Below are positions 39,082 to 48,965 of a stretch of DNA of 64,000 bases, piece after piece. Both the position numbers and the translations under genes were made by a program. The DNA is taken from NCBI GenBank assembly GCA_965250285.1, contig OZ252299.1, positions 896,001-960,000 on the forward strand, in the 5' to 3' direction. The DNA is from Myxococcota bacterium (GTDB taxonomy: Bacteria; Myxococcota_A; UBA9160; UBA4427). Each line of letters begins with the position of its first letter. The stretch's first letter is position 1. The notes beneath the pieces were generated by a model. It saw nothing but the letters and a program-made list of their open reading frames with translations, did not search any database and was not told the DNA's origin.

Positions 39082-39859
39082 CGGCGTCCTCCTGATGTGT
39101 GCCATCGGCCGGGGCCGCGTCGTCGTCGAGCTCCTGCAGCGCCGCCCGGGCCCGTCGTGTCACGACGATCGTGACCCCGATCGTCGCCGCGAGCCCGAGC
39201 AGCAGCAGCAGCCACTCGACGACACCCCGCTCCTGAGGCACGCCGCTCGCGAGCTGGGCGAGGTCACCCGCCACTTTGCCGTAGTAGACATAGAGCAGCG
39301 TGCCGGGCAGCATGCCGAAGCCCGCCAGCATGTAGTCGCGAAAGCGCACCGACGTGAGGCCGAGCGCATAGTTGAGCAGCGAGAAGGGGAAGATCGGCGA
39401 CAGTCGCAGCAGGAAGACCATACGCAGCCCGTCGCGGCCCACGGCGCGGTCGACGGCCGCGAAGCGCTCGTATCTCGCGATGCGGTCTTCGACGGCCCCG
39501 CGCGCGAGATACCGGCCGATCAGGAAGGCCGCGCCCGAGCCGAGCATCGCGCCCGCGAACACCCAGGCGGTGCCTTCGACGAGGCCGAAGAGGGCGCCGC
39601 CGGCCAGGGTGATGATCGAACCCGGCAAGACGAGCACCGTCGAGACGGTGTAGATCACGATGTAGGCAATCGGGCCCCAGGCGCCGAGCCCCTCGACCCA
39701 GGCGAAGAGCTGCGGGAGCGCCTCGCCCAGACGCGGGGCCAAGAGCGCCAGCACTGCGACCACGCCGGCAATGCCGACCCAGCGGATCCAGCCCGGGCGC
39801 CCGTTGGGTGCTTCGATGGCTTCGCTCTCGATGGCTCCGTCAGGCAAGTGCACCTCCAC
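39068..39859 (-). CDS. TVP38/TMEM64 (DedA/VTT) membrane protein
   Basis: LPGSIITLAGGALFG, LLRLSPIFPFSLLNYALGLT, GMLPGT. Confidence 0.92.
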   Translation of the reverse strand: MEVHLPDGAIESEAIEAPNGRPGWIRWVGIAGVVAVLALLAPRLGEALPQLFAWVEGLGAWGPIAYIVIYTVSTVLVLPGSIITLAGGALFGLVEGTAWVFAGAMLGSGAAFLIGRYLARGAVEDRIARYERFAAVDRAVGRDGLRMVFLLRLSPIFPFSLLNYALGLTSVRFRDYMLAGFGMLPGTLLYVYYGKVAGDLAQLASGVPQERGVVEWLLLLLGLAATIGVTIVVTRRARAALQELDDDAAPADGTHQEDADANG

Positions 39860-40874
39860 AGCTCGATCCGGCCCCGGCCGTGCAACCGAAGCAGTGGGCG
39901 GCGGTCGAGATCGCCGCGCCCGCCAGCGCGTCGAAGCACTCGAGATCGTCGATGGTGCGCGCGCCGTCCGCCGGCGTGAGGTCGAGCGCCTGGTTGAAAT
40001 CGCAGTCGAAGACGCGCCCGGCGTGATCGATGCTCACGAGGCTGCGACACATGAGCGCGTCGACGGTCGCGGGGTTGAAGTGGTCGACCAGCAGGGTCAT
40101 GTAGGCCTCGAGCTCGCCGTCGCGCAGCAGCGCGTGCGCGAAACGCTTGATCGGCATGTTGGTGATCGTGAGCAGCGTGTCGAATTCGATGCCGAACGCT
40201 TCGCGCAGGACCCGGCGGTAGTCGCGCTCGAGCGTCGCCTGGGCGGGTGGCAAGTGCGGGCCGACCGGGTTGTAGACGAGGTCGAGGCGGCCGCCGCGGG
40301 CGTCGTCGGCCCGGCCCACCCCCAGCGCATTCAGCTGTTGCAGCGCCTCGATGCTGGCGTCGAACACGCCCCGGCCGCGCTGGGCCTCGACGTTTTCGGC
40401 GCCGTAGCAGGGCAGCGAAGCGATCACGTCGACACCTTGATCGGCCAGGAACGCCGCCGTGTCTTCCTGTCCGCGTTCGAAGAGCACGGTCAGGTTGCAG
40501 CGATCGATCACCCGGCGCCCGAGCGCGCGGGCCCGCTCGACGAGCCAGCGAAATTCGGGATGCAGCTCGGGCGCCCCGCCGGTGAGATCGAGGGTCGTGA
40601 CCGTCGGCGATCGCTCGATCAGCCACGCGACCCGCTCGACGCCCGCGCGCGAGAGCGCCTCGGTGCGAAGCGGCCCGCTCTCGACGTGGCAGTGGTGGCA
40701 GGCGAGGTTGCACTTCAGGCCGAGGTTCACCTGCACCGTCGTGACGGCGCCGCGGCGCAGCGGGGCCTGGCCCTCGGCGCGCAACCGGGCATCGAAATCG
40801 GCCGAATGTGCAACGGCGTCGGCTTCGTTGCCGAGGCGGTCGCGCGGGGGCAGCTCGGGTGTGGCCTGGCTCAC
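39840..40874 (-). CDS. arsS: ArsS-type Cys-rich radical SAM protein (DUF3641 C-terminus)
   Basis: QVNLGLKCNLACHHCHV, DLTGGAPE, ASLPCY, DCDFNQ, HCFGCTAGAGSSCGGAL. Confidence 0.88.
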   Translation of the reverse strand: MSQATPELPPRDRLGNEADAVAHSADFDARLRAEGQAPLRRGAVTTVQVNLGLKCNLACHHCHVESGPLRTEALSRAGVERVAWLIERSPTVTTLDLTGGAPELHPEFRWLVERARALGRRVIDRCNLTVLFERGQEDTAAFLADQGVDVIASLPCYGAENVEAQRGRGVFDASIEALQQLNALGVGRADDARGGRLDLVYNPVGPHLPPAQATLERDYRRVLREAFGIEFDTLLTITNMPIKRFAHALLRDGELEAYMTLLVDHFNPATVDALMCRSLVSIDHAGRVFDCDFNQALDLTPADGARTIDDLECFDALAGAAISTAAHCFGCTAGAGSSCGGALA

Positions 40875-41318
40875 TGGGGTCTCGCGCCTCTTCGTTCGGG
40901 GCCGCTCATTCGGGGGCCGGCGCCGTGTGCGCTCGCCCGTTCTCTCGGGGGCCTACGGTAGCGCTGCGCCCTTGGTTTCCTTGAAATGCAGGGCAATCGC
41001 ACGAGCCTCGGGGAGTGGGTTTTGGCCCCGCCCGGGGCTCGATGGAGCGTGAGAAGCCCTTCGCTATGCTGCCGCCTGCGGCCGCGTCGCTCGGGCTCCC
41101 CGAAGCGCCGGCCGCCTTCGCATCCGTGCTCATCCGCGACCGATCCCCCCAAGCCGGGCGGTGATCCTCGCCCCGAGCCCGGTCGATTCGCGAGTCAATG
41201 GCATGACCGAACGGTCGACGGGCGAGCGCCCCGGCCGGCGGTCCCCCGACCCGGGTGACGGGCGGGTGCCGAGACGGGTCCATCCGCGAGCGCGGGACCC
41301 GACAGGAGTGGAAAGAAC

Positions 41319-42221
41319 ATGAGCGAGATCCGATTCGACGACCGCGTTGCGGTCATCACGGGCGCCGGCGGTGGCCTGGGCAAGACCTACGCCGTCGAGC
41401 TGGCCAAGCGCGGCGCGAAGGTCGTCGTGAACGACCTCGGCGGTGCGGCCGACGGCACCGGTGGCGGCAGCAGCATGGCCGACCAGTGCGTGAAGGAGAT
41501 CGAGGAGTCGGGCGGCACGGCCGTCGCGAACTACGACTCGGTGGCCACGCCCGAAGGCGGCGAGAGCATCATCCAGACCGCCGTCGACAACTTCGGCAAG
41601 GTCGACATCGTGATCAACAACGCAGGCATCCTGCGCGACAAGTCGTTCGTGAAGCTCGAGCCCGCGAACCTCGAGATCGTGCTCGACGTGCACCTGAAGG
41701 GTGCGTTCTTCGTGTCGCAGCCGGCGTTCCGCATCATGAAGGAGAACGGCTACGGCCGCTTCGTCTTCGCGGCTTCGGGCGCTGGCATCTTCGGCAACTT
41801 CGGCCAGTCGAACTACGGCGCCGCCAAGATGGGCCTCGTCGGTCTGTCGAACGTGCTCGCGGTCGAGGGCGCCAAGAACAACATCAAGAGCAACGTCATC
41901 GCGCCGATCGCGAAGACGCGACTCACCGAAGACCTGCTCGGCCCCGTCGCCGACAAGCTGCTGCCCGAGCACGTGACGCCGCTGGTGACCTACCTCAGCT
42001 CGGAGCAGTGCGAAGACACGCACTCGATCTATGACGTGGGCGGCGGCAAGTACTCGCGCATCTTCATCGGCCTCGTCGACGGCTGGACGAAGAAGGGTGA
42101 CCCGCCGACGGTCGAAGAGATCGCCTCGAACTGGGGTCAGATCAACGACGCGTCGAACTACACGATCCCCGCCAGCATCGCCGACGAGACGAAGGCCGTG
42201 CTGCAGGCGATCTCGGACTGA
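41319..42221 (+). CDS. SDR, MFE-2 type (R)-3-hydroxyacyl-CoA dehydrogenase-like
   Basis: TGAGGGLG, VVVNDLGG, NNAGILRD, GNFGQSNYGAAK. Confidence 0.92.
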   Translation: MSEIRFDDRVAVITGAGGGLGKTYAVELAKRGAKVVVNDLGGAADGTGGGSSMADQCVKEIEESGGTAVANYDSVATPEGGESIIQTAVDNFGKVDIVINNAGILRDKSFVKLEPANLEIVLDVHLKGAFFVSQPAFRIMKENGYGRFVFAASGAGIFGNFGQSNYGAAKMGLVGLSNVLAVEGAKNNIKSNVIAPIAKTRLTEDLLGPVADKLLPEHVTPLVTYLSSEQCEDTHSIYDVGGGKYSRIFIGLVDGWTKKGDPPTVEEIASNWGQINDASNYTIPASIADETKAVLQAISD

Positions 42222-42231
42222 GGAGAGCGGA

Positions 42232-43086
42232 ATGCCGATCGATCCCAGTCAGGCCCTCGGTGCGAGCCTCGGTGAAGGCGAGTACGCGTGGACCCAGGAT
42301 GACGTGATCCTGTACCACCTCGGCCTGAATGCCGGCGTGAACGCGACCGATCCCCAGGAGCTCGAGTACACCTACGAGAAGAACCTCAAGGTGCTGCCGA
42401 GCTTCGGTGTGATCCCGGTGTTCGGCGCGTTGGCCGGTCTCGGCCAGGTGCCCGGCATGGAGTTCAACTTCGCCATGCTGCTGCACGGCGAGCAGGACAT
42501 CACGCTGCACCAGCCGATCCCGACGAACGCCACGGTCGTCAACTCGGGTCAGGTCGCCGAGCTGTGGGACAAGGGGAAGGCATGCCTCGCCGTCCTCGAG
42601 TCGAACACCAAGCTCAAGGAGACGGGCGAGCCGCTCTTCACGAACCGGTTCTCGCTCTTCCTCCGCGGCGAGGGGGGCTTCGGCGGTGAGCCCGGCCCGA
42701 AGGCCGGCAACGAGGCCCCCGATCGCGCCCCCGACGGTGTGGTCGAGAGCCCCTCGCTGCCGCAGCAGGCGCTGATCTATCGCCTGTCGGGCGACAAGAA
42801 CCCGCTCCACGCCGACCCCGAGTTCGCCAAGATGGGCGGCTTCGACACGCCGATCATCCACGGGCTCTGCTCGTACGGCGTGGTCTGCAAGGCGGTGGTC
42901 GACGACGCACTCGGCGGCGACGTCACGAAGGTGGCCCGCTACCAGGCGCGCTTTGCGGGCGTGGGCTTCCCGGGCGAGACCTACGTGACCGAGTACTGGA
43001 ACGAGGGCGACAAGATCCTCATCCAGGCCAAGAGCAAGGAGCGCGACGCGAAGATCATCAGCAACGCTGCGATCACGCTGCGCTAG
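42232..43086 (+). CDS. MaoC / (R)-enoyl-CoA hydratase 2
   Basis: LLHGEQ, YRLSGDKNPLHADP, PIIHGLC. Confidence 0.92.
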   Translation: MPIDPSQALGASLGEGEYAWTQDDVILYHLGLNAGVNATDPQELEYTYEKNLKVLPSFGVIPVFGALAGLGQVPGMEFNFAMLLHGEQDITLHQPIPTNATVVNSGQVAELWDKGKACLAVLESNTKLKETGEPLFTNRFSLFLRGEGGFGGEPGPKAGNEAPDRAPDGVVESPSLPQQALIYRLSGDKNPLHADPEFAKMGGFDTPIIHGLCSYGVVCKAVVDDALGGDVTKVARYQARFAGVGFPGETYVTEYWNEGDKILIQAKSKERDAKIISNAAITLR

Positions 43087-43091
43087 CGCGT

Positions 43092-43109
43092 TCGGCCCGG
43101 AAGGGCCGA
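43092..43109. terminator. GC hairpin after the MaoC gene
   Basis: TCGGCCC-GGAA-GGGCCGA; no U-tract. Confidence 0.45.
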
Positions 43110-43172
43110 GGGTGTTGCACCTTCGAGGGGAGTCCCGATGCGGGCTCCCCTCGATTCGTTCCGGGTGTCGGA

Positions 43173-45641
43173 TCAGCGCGAGAGGATCGCGCGCTCGCCA
43201 CTCACGAGGTCCATCACCTGGAGGGTCTCGGCGCCGAGGAAGACGCGACTTCGCTCGTGGTCGAAGACCAGCTCGGGGTAGACACGCCGGCCCGGTGGGT
43301 CGGGCCCGCCGAGCGCGCGGAGATCGGGTTCGGCTTCCTGATCCGGGGTGTCGTCTGCGACGATCAACACGCGGTCGCCCGTCGTGAGGTCGATGTGGAG
43401 CCGGTCCGGCTCGCGCCCCGGGATCTCGATCAGCTGTCCGGTCGTGTCTTCGTACTCGACCGTGAACGCTCGATCGCCCAGTGTCACGATGGCCTGGCCC
43501 GCGGCCTCGACGAGCGCGAGTGATGTGGGATTCGAGATTGCCGGGCCGGTGCCGATGCCTTCGCCCGACAGCACGACGAACTCGCCCGAGTCGACGTCGA
43601 TCGAGATCAACCATTCGTTCTCGGAGTCGATCGCGAGCAGACGAGTCGAAGCGTCGTTCAGGACGGCGTCTCGAATGCGGACTTTCGTCGGCGGCATCGC
43701 GTTGTCATCGACGACCAGCGTCCGTTCTCCCGTGACCGGATCGACTCGGATCAACCGCACATCGTCGGAGAAGCGCTCGGTTGCCACGATGACTTCGAAC
43801 TCGGGATCCGTGAAGACGCGGTCGAGGTGGTCGATCGAGACCGGGCTCGTATCCGCTCCCGAGAGCACTCGCCTGTCTCCGTCCTCGGTCGAGACGATCA
43901 TCAACGCTGTCGGTGGATCGGTGCCAAGCAGGATCTGGTCACCCGAAGCCGACAGACTGAGCACGCTCGGGGCGAGACCGCGCCGCGGTCTCAGGTAGTC
44001 CGGCCCGCTTCCAACCGCGGAGGGCGCGAGATCGGTGCGATCACCCGTGTCGGGATCGATCGCGACCAGCGAACCCCGGCCCCGCTCGGTCGCGATCAAG
44101 CGTTCGCTGACCGGGTCGTAGTGCAGGCCGTAGGGCTCCCCGAGAAACGGTCTCCCCCCTCCGACGACGACCCCGTCGGGATGAGTCCCGCTGACGAAGT
44201 CCTGACTTCCCATCGTGAAGTCGACCGGTTCATCGCGGTCGAGGTCGACGAGGACGATCCCGCTCGGAGACGTGAACCAGGCGCGCTCGCTCGAGAGATC
44301 TGCGCCGAAGCCATGAGACGTGGGCAGCTCGACGCGTGGCGTTGCGAACTTCTGGTAGAGGAGCGTCTCTTCGCCGGTGCTGAGGTCGACGGCCAAGACG
44401 CCGGGATTTCCCCAACTTCCCGGATGAATCAGCGCGCGGTCGTTGGCTTCATCGACGATGACGTTTCCGTAGAAATTGAAGAACGAATCGGGGTTCGGGT
44501 TGCCCTTGATCGTACGGATCTCGCCCGTCTCGAGGTCGAGCTCGAAGAGCCCTCGGGTATCTGAAACGATGATCGCGTGACGACCGTCCGCGCGGATCGC
44601 GATGCTGTCGGGTGAGAACAGGGTGTCCCCGTAATCCTCGAAGGCCATGCGCCAGAGGATCGTGCGGTCGCCGGTCTCGACGTCGATCTCGACGATCCCC
44701 ACGCCGCCGTAGGTCATCAGCACGCGTGAATGCGTGGCATCGTACACAGGGGAGGCGCCGAGAAGCGAAGCTCTGGACACCCGGGGCATCGGTCCCGAGC
44801 CGCGGTTCTGGCTCGACACGATGCGAGCCGCCCCCGAGTCGACGTCGATTTCGACGAGCGCTTCGAGGTCGAGGTCGTACACGAATGCGCGTCGACCCGG
44901 TGCGTCGAGCGCGAAGCGTCCGGGGCTGAGCAGAGAGATCGTGTTCTCGAAGACGAGTTCGCGGGTCGCCACACCGACCGTATTGCGCGATGCGAGCTCG
45001 ATGCGCACTCGGTTCTCGCCCTGCTCGGTGGTCACCACCGCGGACCATCGCGGCGCGTCGCCCTCCGAGATCGTCGCGGCCACTCCGGCCACGCTCAGGC
45101 GAGCGACGTCGTCGGCCAGCACGACCCCATCCTCGCGGTCGTGCAGGAGCCCCGCGATGGTCGTCGTCGCAGGCCCCCCGATCAGGTTCGCCCCGCTCGT
45201 CGGATAGGTCACCTCGGCTTCGAGCTGGCTCACGTCGGCCACGCGCACTTCGAATCGCACGGACTCGCCTGCGAGCGCGTACGTCGGCGCGACGACCTGC
45301 AGCTCGTAGCGGTTGTCTGCGTTCGAATCAGCGGGCGATTCAAAGTCGGGCGCAGCGCTGAACGCGAGTGCCCCGGTCGTGCCGTCGACGACGAAGTGCC
45401 CGGCGTCGGCGCCGCCGACGATGCGTTCGATCAAGACCGGCGGGGCCTGATGGCGTGCGTCGAAGGTACCCGCTTCGAGCACCGCCGTTTCGTTCTCGGG
45501 GACGACGAAACGGAGTGTCGACCGGGCCGATGGATCGAAGAGGTCACACCCGCCGAGCAATAGGACCAGCGCCGCCGCGCAGAATACGCGGGCTGAGAGC
45601 GCCGCGCGCGTGCAGATGCGGTCGTTCAGGGCATCGGACAC
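43173..45641 (-). CDS. Lipoprotein with a cadherin-like domain and beta-propeller repeats
   Basis: GAGGAG RBS, lipobox LLGGC, GGADAGHF..APDFESPADSNADNRYEL, repeated IDxxTGxRxxLS. Confidence 0.82.
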   Translation of the reverse strand: MSDALNDRICTRAALSARVFCAAALVLLLGGCDLFDPSARSTLRFVVPENETAVLEAGTFDARHQAPPVLIERIVGGADAGHFVVDGTTGALAFSAAPDFESPADSNADNRYELQVVAPTYALAGESVRFEVRVADVSQLEAEVTYPTSGANLIGGPATTTIAGLLHDREDGVVLADDVARLSVAGVAATISEGDAPRWSAVVTTEQGENRVRIELASRNTVGVATRELVFENTISLLSPGRFALDAPGRRAFVYDLDLEALVEIDVDSGAARIVSSQNRGSGPMPRVSRASLLGASPVYDATHSRVLMTYGGVGIVEIDVETGDRTILWRMAFEDYGDTLFSPDSIAIRADGRHAIIVSDTRGLFELDLETGEIRTIKGNPNPDSFFNFYGNVIVDEANDRALIHPGSWGNPGVLAVDLSTGEETLLYQKFATPRVELPTSHGFGADLSSERAWFTSPSGIVLVDLDRDEPVDFTMGSQDFVSGTHPDGVVVGGGRPFLGEPYGLHYDPVSERLIATERGRGSLVAIDPDTGDRTDLAPSAVGSGPDYLRPRRGLAPSVLSLSASGDQILLGTDPPTALMIVSTEDGDRRVLSGADTSPVSIDHLDRVFTDPEFEVIVATERFSDDVRLIRVDPVTGERTLVVDDNAMPPTKVRIRDAVLNDASTRLLAIDSENEWLISIDVDSGEFVVLSGEGIGTGPAISNPTSLALVEAAGQAIVTLGDRAFTVEYEDTTGQLIEIPGREPDRLHIDLTTGDRVLIVADDTPDQEAEPDLRALGGPDPPGRRVYPELVFDHERSRVFLGAETLQVMDLVSGERAILSR

Positions 45642-45763
45642 GATCCGTCTCCTCGACCCCTCCAAGGACAAAGATCGGCACCCGGCGACGGAACTTGACT
45701 CGGGAGATGACGTGTTTCGTCGCTCGCGCGTGACGGGTGTCACACAGATGCGACGCGCTGCAC

Positions 45764-46249
45764 TCAGCCTGCGTCTTGCGCGATCAGCTCTTCGAGTGCG
45801 GGCCAGTCGACGGCCGACTGGGCGGCGAACGCGCGCAGCAGCAGCAGGCGATCGGGATCGTCATCTTTCTCGCGCAGCGCGGCGACGTGCTTCGCGACAT
45901 CGGCCGGATCGGGCTGGGGCAGGGTTTCCGCCTGCAGCACGCCGTCTTCGTGCTCGATGCCGACCAGGTCGAGCCACTCGGTCAGCAGCTCGGTGCGGCA
46001 TTCGAGGAAGTAGACGGCGAGGATCTCTTCGGCGAGCGTGCTCGCGTTGACGCGCGCCAGCGTGCGGCGCACCGACTGAGCCTGCTTCGGCCGCGGCTGC
46101 TTCATCACGTACTGGGGTCGCGCCTTCATGTTGGCGGCAGCGGCGTGCACGCACTGCACCCACATGCCCGGGGTCTTCTCGGCGAGTCCCTCGAAGAACG
46201 TCTCGGCGTGCTCGGGCTGCATGGCGGCGAAGATCTGATGCGGGCGCAT
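45764..46249 (-). CDS. Hypothetical protein
   Basis: GAGGA RBS, typical codon usage, helical soluble sequence. Confidence 0.75.
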   Translation of the reverse strand: MRPHQIFAAMQPEHAETFFEGLAEKTPGMWVQCVHAAAANMKARPQYVMKQPRPKQAQSVRRTLARVNASTLAEEILAVYFLECRTELLTEWLDLVGIEHEDGVLQAETLPQPDPADVAKHVAALREKDDDPDRLLLLRAFAAQSAVDWPALEELIAQDAG

Positions 46250-46315
46250 GGGGTCCTCGGGGTGACGGGCGGTGCGACGTGGAGGTGGGGAATAGCACCT
46301 GGTCGCGGCGCGCGC

Positions 46316-47254
46316 TCAGCTTCGCGCGAACGGACCCGGGCGCCAGAGATCGTGCAGGGTGAGCCCCAGCACGAGGCAGAGCCCCGCTGCGAGCGCCGAG
46401 TGCGTGCCCGTGACCTCGACGGGCAGACGCAGCAGCACGTTGGCGACGCCGACCACGATCTGCGCGAGGCCGAGGCCCATCGCGATCGCGAGCATGCGCC
46501 GCGCGGCGACGGCGCCGCTCGCGTGGGCGAGCCAGAGCGACGCGGCGATGCCGAAGATCAACAGATACGCGTTCAGGCGGTGAAGAATCTGCAGACCGAC
46601 GGGCCCCCGAAACGTGGGGAACCAGGCCTGACCATCGCAGGCCGGCCAGTCGGGGCAGACGAGGCCCGAATAGGTCGACGACACGAGACCGCCGAGCGCG
46701 ATCTGCAGCACGAGCACCCCGCCGGTCGCCGTCGCCACAGCGCGCAGGGCGCCGGCCGTGCGCGGAGCCGCCGCGTCGCGCAGCAGGCGGTGGGCGATCA
46801 CGGCGACCGAGAGGGCGAACGCATTGCCCGTGATCAGGTGCGAGGTCACCGTCCACGAGGCGAGCAGCTCGAGCACGGTCAGGCCGCCCAGCACGATCTG
46901 CACGGCCAGCACGACGCCCGCCACGATCACCCAGGTGCCGACGCGGGCCCGAGCCGTGGGGTTTCGGAACGCGGCGATGGCACCGCCGAGGAAGCCCAGG
47001 CTCACCAGGCCGGCGAGCACGCGGTGGCCGAACTCGAAGCCGACCTGCACGTCGATCTCGGGCACGAACTCGCCGAAGCAGAGCGGCCAGTCGGGGCAGG
47101 CCAGGCCGGCATGGTTCGCGCGCACCAGCGCACCGAGCACCACGAGGGCGTAGGTGACCGCGGCCAGGCCGGCAAAGTGCAGGCCCAGACGCCGCAGGGC
47201 CGGATCGGCGGCCTCAGCGTGAAGAACGTCGGCATGCAGTGCGGTGCTGCTCAA
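46316..47254 (-). CDS. ctaA: Heme A synthase (COX15/CtaA)
   Basis: GLACPDWPLC, EFGHR, CPDWPAC, LHR; about 8 TM segments; GGAGG RBS before TTG 47254. Confidence 0.92.
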   Translation of the reverse strand: MSSTALHADVLHAEAADPALRRLGLHFAGLAAVTYALVVLGALVRANHAGLACPDWPLCFGEFVPEIDVQVGFEFGHRVLAGLVSLGFLGGAIAAFRNPTARARVGTWVIVAGVVLAVQIVLGGLTVLELLASWTVTSHLITGNAFALSVAVIAHRLLRDAAAPRTAGALRAVATATGGVLVLQIALGGLVSSTYSGLVCPDWPACDGQAWFPTFRGPVGLQILHRLNAYLLIFGIAASLWLAHASGAVAARRMLAIAMGLGLAQIVVGVANVLLRLPVEVTGTHSALAAGLCLVLGLTLHDLWRPGPFARS

Positions 47255-47462
47255 GGCGCCTCCGGCGGGCACGACGGCGTGGCGGCTCGCCGCGGGAACC
47301 GCCGAAGTGCGCGAAAGCACAGGGAAAGCGGGCGGCAGCTCCGATGCGGAGAGTAGCGAAGGGGCATGGGGCCTCCCTGCACCCGGCCGTTGCGGGTGGA
47401 CCGCCCCCTTCAAGATCGGCCTCCAATGAGCCGAAAAGACGGGTGTTATGGTTGAAACTTCG

Positions 47463-47867
47463 ATGTCTGGAAAGCTGAACGACGACCCCCGCAAGCTCAC
47501 CGCGATGATCGCGCGCGTGGGCGATCTCGCCGAGAGCCACGACGTGGGCTCGGTGGTGGTGGGCCTGGCGGCCGAGCAGGGCGACGGTCGCTTCCCCGAG
47601 TACGTCGACTTCCTGCAGGGGTCGCTGCGCGTCGAGGACGCGATCTTCCGCATGACGCGCGAGCGCGCGGTGATCCACCTCGCCGACTGCACCCAGGCAC
47701 AGGCCGAAAAGATCCTGGCCCGGCTCGAGGGTCAGTTCACGAGCGAGTTCCCCAGCCTGTCGCAGCTCGAGTTCGTGCTGAACACGTTCGAGGTCAAGGC
47801 GGGCGCCGAGCGCCCCCGCGTCAAGGACGTGCTGACCGAGATCTTCAAGCCGCGCGTCCTGCACTGA
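47463..47867 (+). CDS. Small degenerate GGDEF-like protein
   Basis: LRVEDAIFRMTRERAVIHLADCTQAQAEKILARL follows the GGDEF-domain pattern but lacks GGDEF. Confidence 0.6.
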   Translation: MSGKLNDDPRKLTAMIARVGDLAESHDVGSVVVGLAAEQGDGRFPEYVDFLQGSLRVEDAIFRMTRERAVIHLADCTQAQAEKILARLEGQFTSEFPSLSQLEFVLNTFEVKAGAERPRVKDVLTEIFKPRVLH

Positions 47868-48032
47868 GGCGCGCCGGCTCGGCGGAGGCGGGCGCCTGGC
47901 CGCACGCGATGACGCCCACTCCGCAAATCCGCAAACTTGAATTGGAGACGCATCAGTTCCGTCGGACCGTTTGGTCCGTCGCAACCGTACCGTTTCCACT
48001 CGGTCGTCCAGCGCGAAGCGCGCCGGGCGCGC

Positions 48033-48794
48033 TCAGCCTGCGCACTCCACGCCAGGCGAGCTGTAGAGCAGCTGCCCGCGTGAGCCGTACACGCAGCCGA
48101 CGCGCTGCTCGCGGTCACTGCGCGCACGGACCGTCGACTCGGTCGAGAAGTGACGCGACGGTCCGCTCACGCGGATCGCCGCACACGATCGGCCTTCGGG
48201 CTCGTGCAGCAGCCGACCGCGTGCGTTGTAGACGCACGCGGGCTCGGGCTCGGCCCGCTTCAGGCGGGCGGTCGGCTCGCCGTCGGCGTCGTCTGCGCCC
48301 GCGGGAGGCGCGATCGAGGCCGGCGCCGAGACGGGCGGGGTGCCGTCGGGCACGGTCACGGCCTCTTCTTCGAGGATGCGCGCATCGAGCGTGCGCGAGA
48401 CCTGCCCCATCGAGTTGCGCGACACGACGTCGAGCTTCTGGCGCAGCTGAGCCTCGAGGGCGCGGTGGGCCTCGAGCTCGGCGGGATCGGTGGTGGCTTC
48501 GGCCGGAGCCGTGACGGTCGCCTTGGCCGCACGGGCAGGCGGCAACGCCTTCGCGGCCTGCGCCTCCTGCGCATGCAGGCGCGCGACGTCTTCGTTCGAG
48601 AGCATGATCGGGCCCTCGTCATCGCCGGCCAGCGCGGGCGCGGCGGCGGCGAGCGAGAGCAGGGTGCCCGTCGCGAGGGCGACGAGCGGGTTCAGCCAGG
48701 CGGCAGGAGCGGTCGAGCGAGTGCTGGCCCCGAAGCGGCGTCCAGGGCTCAGAGGCTCCCGGCGCCGACCGGTATCGGGTCGAGCGAACGACAT
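48033..48794 (-). CDS. Secreted hypothetical protein with two Cys-bracketed repeats
   Basis: Signal ending ALA; CVYNARGRLLHEPEGRSC and CVYGSRGQLLYSSPGVEC. Confidence 0.7.
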   Translation of the reverse strand: MSFARPDTGRRREPLSPGRRFGASTRSTAPAAWLNPLVALATGTLLSLAAAAPALAGDDEGPIMLSNEDVARLHAQEAQAAKALPPARAAKATVTAPAEATTDPAELEAHRALEAQLRQKLDVVSRNSMGQVSRTLDARILEEEAVTVPDGTPPVSAPASIAPPAGADDADGEPTARLKRAEPEPACVYNARGRLLHEPEGRSCAAIRVSGPSRHFSTESTVRARSDREQRVGCVYGSRGQLLYSSPGVECAG

Positions 48795-48860
48795 GAGGAT
48801 GTTCCCTTCGATTTAGGGCGCACCCCCCTATCGGCCGCTCGCCGAGAAAGGTGAGAGGGA

Positions 48861-48877
48861 TCTGACTCTTTGTCAGA
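48861..48877. promoter_or_regulatory. Palindromic operator-like site
   Basis: TCTGAC-TCTTT-GTCAGA in the AT-rich patch upstream of ATG 48794. Confidence 0.45.
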
Positions 48878-48965
48878 AATGACACGAAAGGCTGCACTTT
48901 CGCGTGTCGCGCGCGGCCGAGCTGCGCGGCCCGTGGCCGGCTCGGGGGTCGCGGGGCTGGCCGGC

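Noticed and set aside
39840..39870. Selenocysteine in the ArsS C-terminus
   Set aside because: The codon is TGT; the TGA lies at the normal end.
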